From the human T2T-CHM13v2.0 reference genome, Homo sapiens: 64,000 nucleotides of DNA. Positions 15,199 to 33,147 of the stretch are shown piece by piece. Made by a program: the position numbers and the translations under genes. Numbering within the stretch: the first letter of the stretch is position 1; every line of letters starts with the position of its first letter. Under the pieces are notes generated by a model. That model saw nothing but the letters and a program-made list of their open reading frames with translations, did no database searches and was not told the origin of the DNA. The stretch is taken from the NCBI RefSeq assembly GCF_009914755.1, contig NC_060947.1; one strand, 5' to 3'.

Positions 15199-17306
15199 TA
15201 TTCTTCTAAAATAGTTTTCATGGATGTTTAGTGCTCTAATATGTGATTGGGCTTGATAGAGTGATAGATATATATACATATTAGATATAGATATAGGGAT
15301 ATATTTGTTTTAAGTAGTTATTGGACGTCTGGGTTGTTTCATTTTGTTTTCTTATGCAAGCCAAAGCTGCCAACAAGATCACAGTGCACAAACATTACAT
15401 TCATGTTTATTTCCTGAACAAAAGTTAATAGTATAATTGAAGGATGAAAAGATATGGGAGGTTTAAAATCTTCTTTTTCCCTTCTTTAGTAAGTGACCAT
15501 TGATAAAGATAGTACCAATTTACCCTCATAAAATATGCAGATATTGTGAGTGTACCTGGATACCTGTACAGTTTTTGAGACTTGGTATTAAATTATTTAT
15601 AATTTGAGATTTTTTGTTTCTATTTGTTGTAAACATTCATCTTTATGCAGACAATAATTATCATACTAAAAGCATTTTTTAAAATATTGGTAAGGAAAAA
15701 CTGAAAATCATTCTTAATTCTACCACTTGACAAAAATAGAAAAAACTTTTGAAGCATTTGAGACATATATGTAAATAACTAATGCCTCCAAAAATGTAAT
15801 ATAGGATGTATGTTTCATTGTGGTATATTTTCAGTGTGAGAAGTCTTACTTACCATCTTTCCAAATTCTTAGTCTCCTATAATTTTATTTTTACTTAGTG
15901 TTTCATTTTACAGATGAATTATAATTTCTAAAATCCTGCCCCTCAATATATTGTTAAATGGTTATGGCTTTTCCATAACACATTTGGGGCTGAATGTTTG
16001 CTGACATCAAGAAATATTTAATTGCCTTATACCTTGCTCTCTTGCCAAATGCTTCTTCCATAAAGTTTACTCCCTCCAACAGTGTAAGAGAATGCATATT
16101 TCCTTGATCATCTTCTTAAGTTAGTATTTTTTTAAGTTATGGGAAATTATTTAGGCTTGTAGTTTAAAAAATTATTTCATTTTACAAGTGCGTTACTTTA
16201 AAAAGACATGCATATTATATATGCACAACAGCCACTTTAAAGAGATTATGCCTTTGCAGGCTTTGCCTTTTGTAAATTTTAAAACCATTATAGAATCATA
16301 CTGAATATATTCTATACTAAATGTATATTCTATGTGCTCATAGCGAAAGTATTCTGTCAAAATTTCTATTTAAGTATGTTGTAAATACATCTAAAACATC
16401 CTTTGCTACTCAATATCCTCCTACAACTCACTGCCATTGTATAAGTGGATCAGAATTATTTTTAAAGTGTTTCTTCACGTTGGACTTTAAAGTAGTTTCC
16501 AAATTTTTCCCAGAAACATGAATCTGTGGTAAATAATTCTGCAGCAGCATTCTTGTATTATTTACTTAAGATAAATACTTAAAAGGGGTGTTGAAAAGTA
16601 GAAACCTTTTAATATTCTTTAAATGTATTTTCAAGTAGCCTGAATATACCAATTTATACTTCCACTAGTACTTTAGAGAATGCCCATTTCCTGCACAAGT
16701 ATCTCTTTGGATATTTTAAACTTTTTTTTTTGCCAATATAATGCTATGAGGACCATATCTCACTTTTTGTTTTTCTTTATAAATTTTTTAAAAAAGTTTT
16801 GTTATTCAAATAATATAACTTCATTTTAACAAGAAATCAAATAACATTCATAGGAAAATAAAAATCAATAATCATTCTCCTATGCATATATAATAATTGC
16901 CAACCTTTTGGTCTATGCCATGGATCTATTTCAATAGATTTCACCTTCATCTCTCCTCCAATTTTGATAGATTTGGGTGTTTGTTGTTTCTGGTGTTTCC
17001 TCATTGAAACCAAAGCTGCTAAGAATATTCTGATGCTGAAATCATTGCTTTAATTCAGTATTGTTTCCTGAACAAACATTCTTACAAACAAACATGGACT
17101 ATCCCATTGCTACTATATAGTATATATGATTTTAATTTTTACACTTTTTCAATTAAATAGATAATAAAATTTTATTACAAAATATTAGCAATTTCTGGCT
17201 ATAAGAAAAAGCATTTAAAACTACCTATAACCCTATCTTTAGTGCTGCTTTTAATGTTTTGGTCAGTACCTTTCTAGGATTATATTATATACATATGCAT
17301 ACCTAC

Positions 17307-17312
<6 letters not shown>

Positions 17313-17360
<48 letters not shown>

Positions 17361-17372
17361 AGAGAGAGAGAG
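17313..17372 (+). repeat. (AT)n followed by (GA)n microsatellite
   Basis: Long perfect AT run followed by GGAGAGAGAGAGAG. Confidence 0.95.
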
Positions 17373-18110
17373 ACAGCATTGTACAATACATACATATTGT
17401 TACATATTATGATTTACATATTTATATATTTGTAAAATACCAAATCATGCTTTACATCTTTACGTTTTTCTGGAATATTTATTTAATAATAAACCTCATA
17501 TATTTTCATGTTTGTTTTTTTACATCATTTAAAATGGTCTTGGAATATTTATTGTGAATATGAATTCACTCATTTTTTCATTCCTACATTGTCAGAAATT
17601 TTATTTGTCCTCAATTCTCCTTTAATTTCAGATCACTATGTTGACTATCTTTTACCTAAATTTGCAGTTATATCCATAATCGTTTCCATAACAGATGCTT
17701 CTAGGATTAAAAACAAAATTATAGATCATTTATAAGAACTTATACTTCGTGGTCAAATTCCCACTTATAAAGTTGTGTCAACTTACACGGTTACTCTGTT
17801 ATTTCCATTCTAAAAGGATACCCAGTTCTCTGCAAAAGGCTCTAAACTGGGTATTATAATTATTTCAATTTTGCTGTGTTTTCAGTAGATAAATACATAA
17901 TTCATATTTTAAAATTTGATTTGTAATAACATTTTTTCTTTCATTTCTGTTTTCTGGGCAAACAAATCCTAGAATCATAATGTATTGTTGAACAGAATGA
18001 AGAAGCAGCATAATCCTACCACTGGGTAAAACCACATTTAAAATTTTGTTGTATTACTTTTCACATTTTTATAAATGTAAACATGCATGCATATTAAAGG
18101 GAAAGATCTC

Positions 18111-23046
<4,936 letters not shown>

Positions 23047-23693
23047 TGCCTTAGCCTGTTTTGTATGACTATAACAGAATGCCATAGGCTGAGTAATTTA
23101 CCAAGAAAATACATTTGTTTGGCTCATGGCCCTGGAGGCTGAGAAGTCTAAGAGAGCATGGTGCTGGCATCTTCTGAGGGCCTTCATGCTGTGTCATCTC
23201 ATTGTGGAAGGTGTAACGGCAAGAGAGGGTGACAGGAAGTGAGCAAAAAGAGTCCAAATTCACTTTTATAACAAAGCCACTCTCAAAATAACTAACCTAC
23301 CCTCATGATAGTGACATTAATTCATCCATGAGAGCAGAGCCCTCATGACCTAATCACCTCTTATTAGGCCCCACCTTTCAACACTGTTGCATTAGGGATT
23401 AAGTTTCCAGCACATGAATTTTGGGGCACACATTCAAACCACATTTCACCCTAGACCCACTAAATTACTGTCCTGCTCACAATGTAAAATAAATTTGTCC
23501 CATCCCAATAGTCCTAAAAGTTTTAACTCATTCCAGCAACAACTCAAAAGCCCAAAGCCCAGAGTCTCATTTAAATCAGATATGGGTGAGACCCAAGGCA
23601 AAATTCATACTGAGGCAAATTCCTCTCTAACTATGACACTGAAATTAAGAAGTTTTGTGCTTCTAATGTACAATGGTGAGACAGATATAGGAT
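23047..23693 (-). mobile_element. MST-family MaLR 3' LTR (23047-23443) plus adjoining internal sequence
   Basis: TGCCTTAGCCTGTTTTGTATGACTATAACAGAATGCCATAGGCTGAGTAATT...CATTCAAACCACA, followed by MST-int-like CCATCCCAATAGTCCTAAAAGTTTTAACTCATTCCAGC. Confidence 0.75.
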
Positions 23694-26282
23694 TGTAAAC
23701 CAAAAAGATGATTGTCAATTATGCCTTCATCTCACATTCAGTAAATCTACATTTTACATAAGATAAAATAAACATAAAGTAGAGGATGAAGTCAATTATG
23801 CGTTTATCTTGGGATGGACAAAAAGATTACTTCTAGTCTTGTCTGTGTTCCATGCCTGTAAAGATAAGCTGTTAATTTACATTGTCAGGGTGAGATTCAA
23901 CAGAACTCTGTTTTAAGGTTAGTTTTTCAGGGATATATGTATTATGAAAGACTTTGGGGGTTACAGAGAATTTCCTTGTGAGCAATTTGTGAGGAAGGCC
24001 ACTGAGGGGGATATGTGGCCTTCTGTCATTGCAGCTATCTGTTTAGGAACAAAAGGAAGGCAGTTTGTTTTGGCATGACTCAGTTCCCAAGCCTAACTCT
24101 CCCTTTGGCATGGTGAGTTTGGGGTTCTGAAATTCTGTTTTTCTTTCACATTTCCCCAAAGTTCTTCAAAATCTTTGAGAGAAAGCATTGCAGAAAAAAA
24201 TGAATCTCTACTCACAGGTTTCATCTGATCACTCATCACTAGGATGGTTTATTTCTAGAAGATTAGGTCCCTCATTGCTAAGAAGGCTCATTCCTAGGAG
24301 GTCATGTTTCATGGAAAAAAAAAAAAACAGAAGGAGGAGAGAAAGAAAAAATAAGGGAGAAAAGGAACCAAGACCAGATTATAGCAACAAAGGGAAAGCA
24401 ATCCTCAAAACTGGTTCAGGCTATGCTACTGCCTCCTCAATCAGAGCAAATTTTGGAGCAATCATTATTCCACCCTTTTTGGTCACATGTTGATTTAGCT
24501 GGAAACATATGCCTTAATAATATCGTAAGAAAAAAAAAAGGCAGAACATAAATTATTATTATTCCTATTATAATTAATAGCTCTTTCCACCAAATTCCCC
24601 AGGACCCAAACCAACCACTTAAGCAGTTGATTCGTGAGAGTTTTCGGTCTGAAAGCTTGATTATTTGTATTTTCATATCAGTCATAAGTCAAGTAATGTT
24701 GTTGATTAATCTGGGTTATAAACACAACATTCAGTTTTTATGGTGGTACAGGATACCCTTGGGCTGTAGTGAGCATGTCCAAGGTCATACAATTTTACGG
24801 CACAGCTTTTCTCATAAGTGAGACCTCATTGTTTAGCAAGGAGACACCAATCAACTATAAATTAGGGCCTTTTGGGTATAATTTGTTAAGTCCTCTATAT
24901 GCCATATGAAATTTTCAATTCCCATTTATGGCATAAAGATGGAAGCTAAGTGATTGTACCATTGGAATACAGAATGTGTCCAGTGAGAGTAAGAGTAACC
25001 ACATCCATAAGTTAGTGCCACACGGCCAATATATCCCATTTTTAGCTAGCCAATAAATGCTTGGACACTGCATCCAATCAGTGGCATGCCAGTCAGTGCT
25101 TTGTAATATAATAATTTAGCCACAATATTCACAACATTGACAACATTGAAAAGCATTCTCCATGTCCCTTGTCCTTTAGTGTGTTATTAATGGGTCTATA
25201 ATATATATTGTGTTTTCTTATGTCAGTGCTAAAGATGCCAGATCATTTCTGTGATGTAATAAAATTTTGGTATTCTATCCAGTCCTGACCTTGGAGGGAA
25301 GATACCCACCATGGCAGGTGGCAGGGACACCATGGTATGTGTCACAACATAATGTATGTAGCTACAACATTCACAACATAATGTAGCAACAACATTCACA
25401 ACATTGAAAAGCATTCTCCATGTCCCTTGTCCTTTAGTGTGTTATTAATAGGTCAATGATATATATTGTCTTTTCTTATGTCAGTGCTAATGATGCCAGA
25501 TCATTTCTGTGATGTAATAAAGTTTTGGTATTCTATCCAGTCCTGACCTTGGAAGGGAGATACCCACCGTGGCAGGCTAGAGCCACTGGAAAGAGGCATG
25601 AGTCTGCATATCCATCAGACACCCTATTGTAATCTGTCTGTATAATCCTGGGCCCATTGTAGAATCAGGTTTGTTTCATGGACAACAGTGGGTGGCAGTG
25701 GCAAGAAAGCATATGGACAGAGGATAAGTAGAAGTGAGATTGTGAAATTCATTTTAACTAGTAAAAAGGACATTAAAACAGACAAGGCAGATATTCCACT
25801 CTGCATAAGATGATAAAAATTGCCAGTATCTTTAGGACAATAATTATAGTGACTATTATACAATAAACATAGGTGTTAATTTGTATACAGGTCTGGTTCA
25901 GAGTCTTGAGTTAAAGCAGTCCAAAACAGCTATAGTCAGTCTCCTTCTGGTTCTGGGTCAAAGATCATCATTGTTTAGTGACTGGTGAAAAGCTTTGGTG
26001 GGCATTACAGCTCGCTCAGAAAGTTGTGCATTTGTAAGATGAGAGATGTGGATGAATGAGTCTATACCCTCTAATTTTGCTGTACACAGATTAGTCAATA
26101 GTACCTAGTATAGGTCCTTCCACTGGGGTTGGCAAGGTTGGAGGGAGTCTTTCGTTAAATGTCTCTTCCAACAGACAAAACCTCTGGGCTGTAAATTATG
26201 AACAGAAACCTCATTGGCAGGGAATGCACTGTGGAATGGATCTTTTATCAAAACCTTTTTTTTTCTATTTTTACAAGATGAG
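23694..26282 (-). mobile_element. ERV1 (MER4-group) 3' part: 3' LTR (23694-24150), PPT, env remnant, integrase C-terminus
   Basis: LTR begins TGTGAAAGAAAAACAGAATTTCAGAACCCCAAACTCAC on -; env TM-like WFGSWGIWWKELLIIIGIIII; env signal-like NFTISLLLILCPYAF; integrase tail (HNLQPRGFVCWKRH...LLTNLCTAKLEGIDSFIHISHL) read across a frameshift. Confidence 0.8.
25141..25576 (+). repeat. Direct duplication of 178 bp (25141-25318 and 25399-25576) with an 80-bp scrambled spacer
   Basis: Manual alignment gives an offset of 258 bp and about 9 mismatches in 178 bp. Confidence 0.9.
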
Positions 26283-26696
26283 TGTGATGGTTAATGTTGA
26301 GTGTCAATTTGATTGGACTGAAGAGTGCAAAGTATTGTTCCTGGGTGTGTCTGAGAGGGTGTTGCCAAAGGAGATTAACATTTGAGTCAGTGGACTGGGA
26401 GAGGCAGACCCACCCTCAATTTGCAGCTAGAATAAAGCAGGCAGGAGAGGATGGAAGAGAAGACTTGCTGAGTCTTCCAGACTTCATCTTTCTCTCATGC
26501 TGCATGCTTCCTGCCTCCAAACATTGGACTCCAAGTTCTTTGGCTTTTTAACTCTTGGACCTACACCAGTGGTTTGCAAGGGGCTCTTGGGCCTTTGGCC
26601 ACAGACTGAAGGCTGCACTGTCAGCTTCCCTACTTTTGAGGTTTTGGGACTCGGACTGGCTTTCTTGCTCCTCAGCTTGCAGATGTCCTATTTTGG
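26283..26696 (+). mobile_element. MLT2A LTR (HERV-L 5' LTR), 3'-truncated
   Basis: TGTGATGGTTAATGTTGAGTGTCAATTTGATTGG...GGGAGAGGCAGACCCACCCTCAAT; closely similar to the reverse complement of 54415-54948. Confidence 0.85.
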
Positions 26697-26790
26697 AACA
26701 GGTATTTGAATTGCATGGGCTCACTTATACGTGGATTTTTAAAAACTGAACTCAAAATACAGTGCTTATGGGATGTGAAACCTGCATATT
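26697..26790. mobile_element. Tigger-family (TcMar) DNA transposon fragment
   Basis: TTTGAATTGCATGGGCTCACTTATACGTGGATTTTT...AAAATACAGTGCTTATGGGATGTGAAACCTGCATAT resembles the Tigger2/3 terminal region. Confidence 0.5.
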
Positions 26791-28812
26791 TATTATATTT
26801 ATGCTGTACAAAATGATGTTGTGATTTTTTAAAACAACGTGGAATGATTAAATTAAGCGAATTAATCTGTCCATCACCTCAAATATTTGACTTTTTGTGA
26901 TGAGAACATTTGATATTTACTCTCTCAGTGGTATTGAAATGTGCAGCACTCAGTTATTAGCTATATTCACCATGCTGTGCAGCAGACATATTACTCCTAT
27001 CTGAGGCTTTGGAGCCTTTGATTAACATCTCTCTATTCCGCCAACACCCAGACTCCGGTGGTTATTATTCTACTCTTTGATTTTATGAGTTTAATGGGTT
27101 AAGATTCCACATATAAGTGAGAACACTCAGTATTTGTCTTTTTGTGCTTGGCTTATTTCACTTAGCATAGTGTTCTCCATTACCATCCATGTTGTTGCAA
27201 ATAACAGAATTTCATCCTTTTTAAAGTTTGAATAGTATTTCATTGTGTATATATACCACATTTTCTTTATCCAAGCATCCACTGATGGACATTTAGGTTG
27301 ATTCTGTAACTTGGCTATTAGTGCTGCAATGCACATGGATGTGCAGACATCTGTTCAACATAGCTGCTTTCAAATATTTGGGTAAATATCTAGATGTAGG
27401 ATTGCTGGGTTATATAATTCTATTTTTAGCTTTTGAAGAACTTCCATAGAGTTTTCCATAATAGCTCTACTAGTGTAGTGTACATTCCCATCAACAGTAT
27501 ACAATGATTCCCTTTTCTCTGCATCCTCACTGACATTTGTTTAACCTTTTGTCTTTTTGATAATAGCCATGCCAACTAGTGTGAGGTGATACCTCACTGT
27601 GGCTTAAATATGCATCTTCCTAATAATCAGTGATGTCAAGCATTTTTGTATGTATCTGTTAGCCATTTGTATGTCTTCTTTTGAGAATTTTCTATCAATG
27701 TCCTTTGACCATTTCTTATCAGACTAGTTCCTTATGTATTTTGGATATTAACCCCTTGTTAGATGTATAGTTTGCAAATATTTTCTCTCATTCTGTACAT
27801 TGTTTCTTTACTCTGTTAATTGTTTCCTTTGTTGTGCAGAAGCTTTTTATTTTGATGTAATCCCATTGGTCTATTTTCACTTTAGTTGCTTGCACTTTTG
27901 GGGTCAAATATAAAAAAGCATTGCTGAGACCAATGTAATGTTTTTCCTCTATGATTTTTTTATAGTAGTTTAACAGTTTCAGGTTTTATGTTTATTCTTT
28001 AATTCATCTTGTGTTGATTTTTGTATATGATGTGAGAAAAGGGTCCAATTTCATTTTTCTTTTCTGCAAATGGATATCCAGTTTTCCCAAAACCATCTAT
28101 TGAAGACACTGTCTTTTTCTCATTCTATATTCCTGCTACTTTTGTCCAATATCAGTTGACTGTAAATGCATGGGCTCATTTCTGGGCTATCAATTCTGTT
28201 CCATTGGTCAGTGTGGGTCTATTTTTATGCCAGTATCATGCTGTTTTAATTATTATTGTTTTGTAGTGTAGTTTGAAGTGAGGTCATGTGATGCCTCCAA
28301 GCTTTTTGTTCTTGTCATTGTTCTGCTTTGTTTTTACTTATGATTGTCTTGGCTATTCATGGATTTTTGTGATTCTATGTAAATTTTAAGATTGTTTTTT
28401 CCCATATTTATGAAAAATGACATTGGTATTTGATAGGTTTTGCATTGAATCCGTAGATTGATTTGGGTAGTCAATTTGGTAGTTAAAATAGAATGTTTTC
28501 ACAATATTAATTCTTCCAGTCCATTAACACAGGATATCTTTCCATTTGCCTGTGCTTTCTTCAGTTTCTGTCATTAATATTTACAGTTTTTGGCACATAG
28601 AGTTTTCACTTCCTTTGTTAAATTTATTCATAACTTTTTTATTTCATTGAAGCTATTGTAAGTGGGATTGTTCTCTGGATTTCTTTTTGGGAAAGTTTGG
28701 TAGTGTAGAAAAATGTTACTAATTTTTATGTGTTGATTTTGTGTATTGCAACATTACTGGATTTGCTCATCAGTTCTAACAGATTTTTGGTGAAGTGTTT
28801 AGGGTTTCCTAT

Positions 28813-29223
28813 TATATTAATTCATTTTGTGTTGCTATGTAGGAATACCTGAGACTGGGTAATTTATAAAGAAAATATGTTTATTTTGGCTCACAGTTCT
28901 GCAGACTGTACAAGAAGCATGGTGCCAACATCTGCTTATGGTGAGGGCCTTAAGAAGTTTACAATCATGGCAGAAGGTGAAGGGGGAGAAGGCATGTCAC
29001 ACGGCAAGACAGAAAGCAAGAAAGGTGCCAGGCTCTTTAAAACAACCAGTTCCCACGTTGACTAATAGAGTGAGAACTCATTCATTACTGTGGGGAGGGT
29101 ACTAAGCCATTCATGAAGGATTTGTCCCCATGACCCAAGCACCTCCCACTGAGCTCCATCTTTAACATTGGGGATCACATTTCAACATAACATTTGGAGG
29201 GGACAGGCATCCAAACTACATCA
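28813..29223 (-). mobile_element. MSTB-like solo LTR
   Basis: GGAATACCTGAGACTGGGTAATTTATAAAG...CCAAACTACATCA; 5-bp TSD CCTAT/TCTAT. Confidence 0.85.
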
Positions 29224-29712
29224 TCTATATATAATATTATGTTGTCAGCAACAGTGACAGTTTCTTTCTTTCTTTCCTATTTGGATGCCTTTTATTTCTT
29301 TATTTTGTTTTATTTCTCTGGTGAGGAGTTCCAATGCTATTAATATGTCGAATAGAAGTGATAAGAGTGGGCATCCTGATCTTATTACTAATTTTAGAGA
29401 GGAAAGGGTTCCAATTTGTCACGATTGAGTATAATACTAGCTTTGGGTTTATTATATATGGCCTTTATTGTGTTGATGTGAATTCCTTCTATACCTAGTT
29501 TGTTGAGTGTTTTAAATTCTGAAATAATGCTGAATTTTGTGTAATGCATGTTCTGCATCTAATGAGATAATCATATAATTTATGTCCTTGATTCTGTTAA
29601 TCTAATGTGCCACATTATTGATTTGCAAATGTTGAAACATTCTTGCATCCTGGGAATAAATCCCATGAGCTCATGGTGCATAATTTCTAATGTGCTTTTG
29701 AATTTGTTTTCT

Positions 29713-30010
29713 GGCATTGAATATGGTCCTCCAAATTTCAGGTGTCGGAAATTTAATCCCCAAATGTTCATGGTATTTGGAGGTGGCATCTTTGGGAAGT
29801 AATTAGAATTAGATAAAGTCATCAGGGTGGAGGCCCTAAAATGGGAATGATGGTTTTATAAGAAGAGAAAGAGAGATCTGAGCTGAGATTCTCTTGTCCC
29901 TTTGTCATGTGATGCCTTATGCCATGTTATGACATAGCAAAAAGGCCCTCACCAGATGTGGCCCCTCGAGCTTGGATTTCCCAACCTCCAGAAATGTAAA
30001 AGATAAATTT
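29713..30010 (+). mobile_element. MST/MLT1-type MaLR LTR fragment
   Basis: TTTGGGAAGTAATTAGAATTAGATAAAGTCATCAGGGTGG...AAGGCCCTCACCAGATGTGG...CCTCCAGAAATGTAA. Confidence 0.7.
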
Positions 30011-30397
30011 ATTGTAATATTCTTTTCTGGCTTGGTATTAAGGTAATTCTGGACTTGTAAAAAGCATTTGGAAGTATTTCTTTCTCTTTGAGTTTTTGAA
30101 CAATTTTGTCAAGAATTGGTATTAGTTCTTTTTTAAATATTTGGCAGAATTTTGAAGTGAGGCCATCAGGTCCTAGGCTTTTCTTTGATGGGGGCACTTT
30201 TTATTTTTGATTCAATATCCCTACTCATTATTGGTCTGTTCAGATTTTCTATTTCTTCATGATTCAGTCTTGTTAGTTTGCATGTGTCTAAGAATTTATC
30301 CATTTCCTGGCTATCCAATTTCTTGACATATAGTTGTTCATAACAGTCTCTTCTAATTTTTTTGTATACCTATGGTGTCAGCCATGTCTCCACTTTC

Positions 30398-32383
30398 TTT
30401 TTTTTTTTTTAGTATTTATTGATCATTCTTGGGTGTTTCTCGGAGAGGGGGATGTGGCAGGGTCATAGGATAATAGTGGAGAGAAGGTCAGCAGATAAAC
30501 ACGTGAACAAAGGTCTCTGGTTTTCCTAGGCAGAGGTTCCTGCAGCCTTCCACAGAGTTTGTGTCCCTGGGTACTTGAGATTAGGGAGTGGTGATGACTC
30601 TTATTGAGCATGCTGCCTTCAAGCATCTGTTTAACAAAGCACATCTTGCACCGCCCTTAATCCATTTAACCCTGAGTTGACACAGCATATGTTTCAGAGA
30701 GCATGGGGTTGGGGGTAAGGTTATCGATTAACAGCATCCCAAGGCAGAAGAATTTTTCTTAGTACAGAACAACATGGAGTCTCCTATGTCTACTTCTTTC
30801 TACACAGACACAGTAACAATCTGATCTCTTTTTCTTTTCCCCACATTTCCCCCTTTTCTTTTCGACAAAACCGCCATCGTCATCATGGCCCATTCTTGAT
30901 GGTCACTGTCTCTTCGGAGCTGTTGGGTATACCTGCAGAAAGGCTGTCACTTCACACTTGGAAGATTGCACAGCGGCCAAGCAGAGGCGCTCCTCATTTC
31001 CCAGACGGGGCGGCCGGGCAGAGGAGCTCCTCACTTCCCAGACAGCGTGGCAGCTGAGCAGAGGCGCTCCTCACTTCCCAGATGATGAGCGGCCGGGCAG
31101 AGGCGCTCCTCACCTCCCAGACAGGGCAGCCAGGCAGAGGCGCTCCCCACTTCCCAGTTGGGGAGGCCGGGCAGAGGCACTCCCCACTTCCCAGTTGGGG
31201 CAGCTGGGCAGAGGCGCTCCCCACTTCCCAGATGGGCAGCCAGGCAGAGACGCTCCTCACTTCCCAGACAGGGCGGCTGCCAGGCAGAGGCACTCCTCAT
31301 CTCTCAGATGGGGCAGCCGGGCAGAGGTGCTTCTCAGTTCCCAGACAGGGTGGCCAGACAGAGGCACTCCTCACCTCCCAGACGGGGTGGCGGCTGGGCA
31401 GAGGCGCTCCTCACATCCCAGACAGGGCAGCCAGGCAGAGGTGCTCCCCACTTCCCAGACGGGGCGGCCGGGCACAGGCACTCCTCACTTCCCAGACGGG
31501 GCAGCTGGGCACAGGCGCTCCTCACTTCCCAGGCGGGGTGGCTGGGCACAGGCACTGCTCACTGCCCAGACCATGGGCGGCTGGGCAGAGGTGCTCCTCA
31601 CTTCCCAGATGGGGCAGCTGGGCAGAGATGCTCCTCACCTCCCAGACGGGGAGGCCAGGCAGAGGCGCTCCTCACTTCCCAGACGGTGTGGCGGCTGGGC
31701 AGAGACGCTCCTCACCTCCCAGACGGGGTGGCAGCCGGGCAGAGGTGCTCCTCACCTCCAAGACAGGTGGCCGGGCAGAGGCGCTCCTCACTTCCCAGAC
31801 GGGGCGGCCGGGCAGAGGGGCTCCTCACAGCCCAGATGATGGGCAGCCAGGCAGAGACGCTCCTCACTTCCTAGATAGGGTGGCGGCTGGGCAGAGTCTG
31901 TAATCTTAGCACTTTGGAAGGCTAAGGCAGGTGGCTGGGAGGTGGAGGTTGTAGCAAGCCGAGATCACGCCACTGCACTCCAGCCTGGGCAACATTGAGC
32001 ATTGAGTGAGCGAGACTCCATCTGCAATCCCAGCACCTCGGGAGGCCGAGGCAGGCAGATCACTCGAGGTCAGGAGCTGGAGACCAGCCTGGCCAAAACA
32101 GCGAAACCCCATCTCCACCAAAAAAACAAAAACCAGTCAGGCGTGGCGGTGCGTGCCTGCAATCGCAGGCACTCGGCAGGCCGAGGCAGGAGAATCATGG
32201 GAGCCCAAGGCAGGGAGGTTGCAGCAAGCTGAGATCACGGCAGTACAGTCCAGCCTCAGCAACAGAGGGAAACCGAAGAAAGAAAGAAAGAGAGAGAGAG
32301 AGAGGAAGGAAGGAAGGAAGGAAGGAAGGAAGGAAGGAAGGAAGGAAGGAAGGAAGGCAGGCAGGCAGGCAGGCAGGCAGGCT
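30398..32383 (-). mobile_element. SVA retrotransposon (SVA_A-like): poly(A), SINE-R, VNTR (about 30975-31897), Alu-like domain, atypical 5' repeat
   Basis: Poly-T then TATTTATTGATCATTCTTGGGTGTTTCTC (SINE-R); about 40-bp GGCAGAGGCGCTCCTCACTTCCCAGAC units; 13-bp TSD TGTCTCCAC(T/C)TTC at 30385-30397 and 32384-32396. Confidence 0.92.
32278..32382 (+). repeat. Compound (GAAA)n(GA)n(GGAA)n(GGCA)n microsatellite at the SVA 5' end
   Basis: Read directly from the sequence. Confidence 0.95.
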
Positions 32384-32551
32384 TGTCTCCACCTTCATTT
32401 CTGGTTTGATTTGAGTCTTTTCTGGTTTTTTCTTGGTAAATCTGGATAAAGATTTGTTGATTTTGTTTACATTTTCAGAAATCAACTCTTAATTGTGTTG
32501 ATCCTTATTTTTTTTTTCAGCCTCTTGTTAGTTCATTTATTTCTACTCTGA

Positions 32552-33147
<596 letters not shown>

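Noticed and set aside
24437-25863. Possible captured env (syncytin-like) gene
   Set aside because: Only short fragments (about 80 aa) remain, with stops, deletions and an internal duplication.
30958-31903. Three overlapping 238-293 aa ORFs, and a regular ~40-bp repeat superficially like a CRISPR array
   Set aside because: This is the SVA VNTR: stop-poor tandem repeats with no unique spacers, in eukaryotic DNA.
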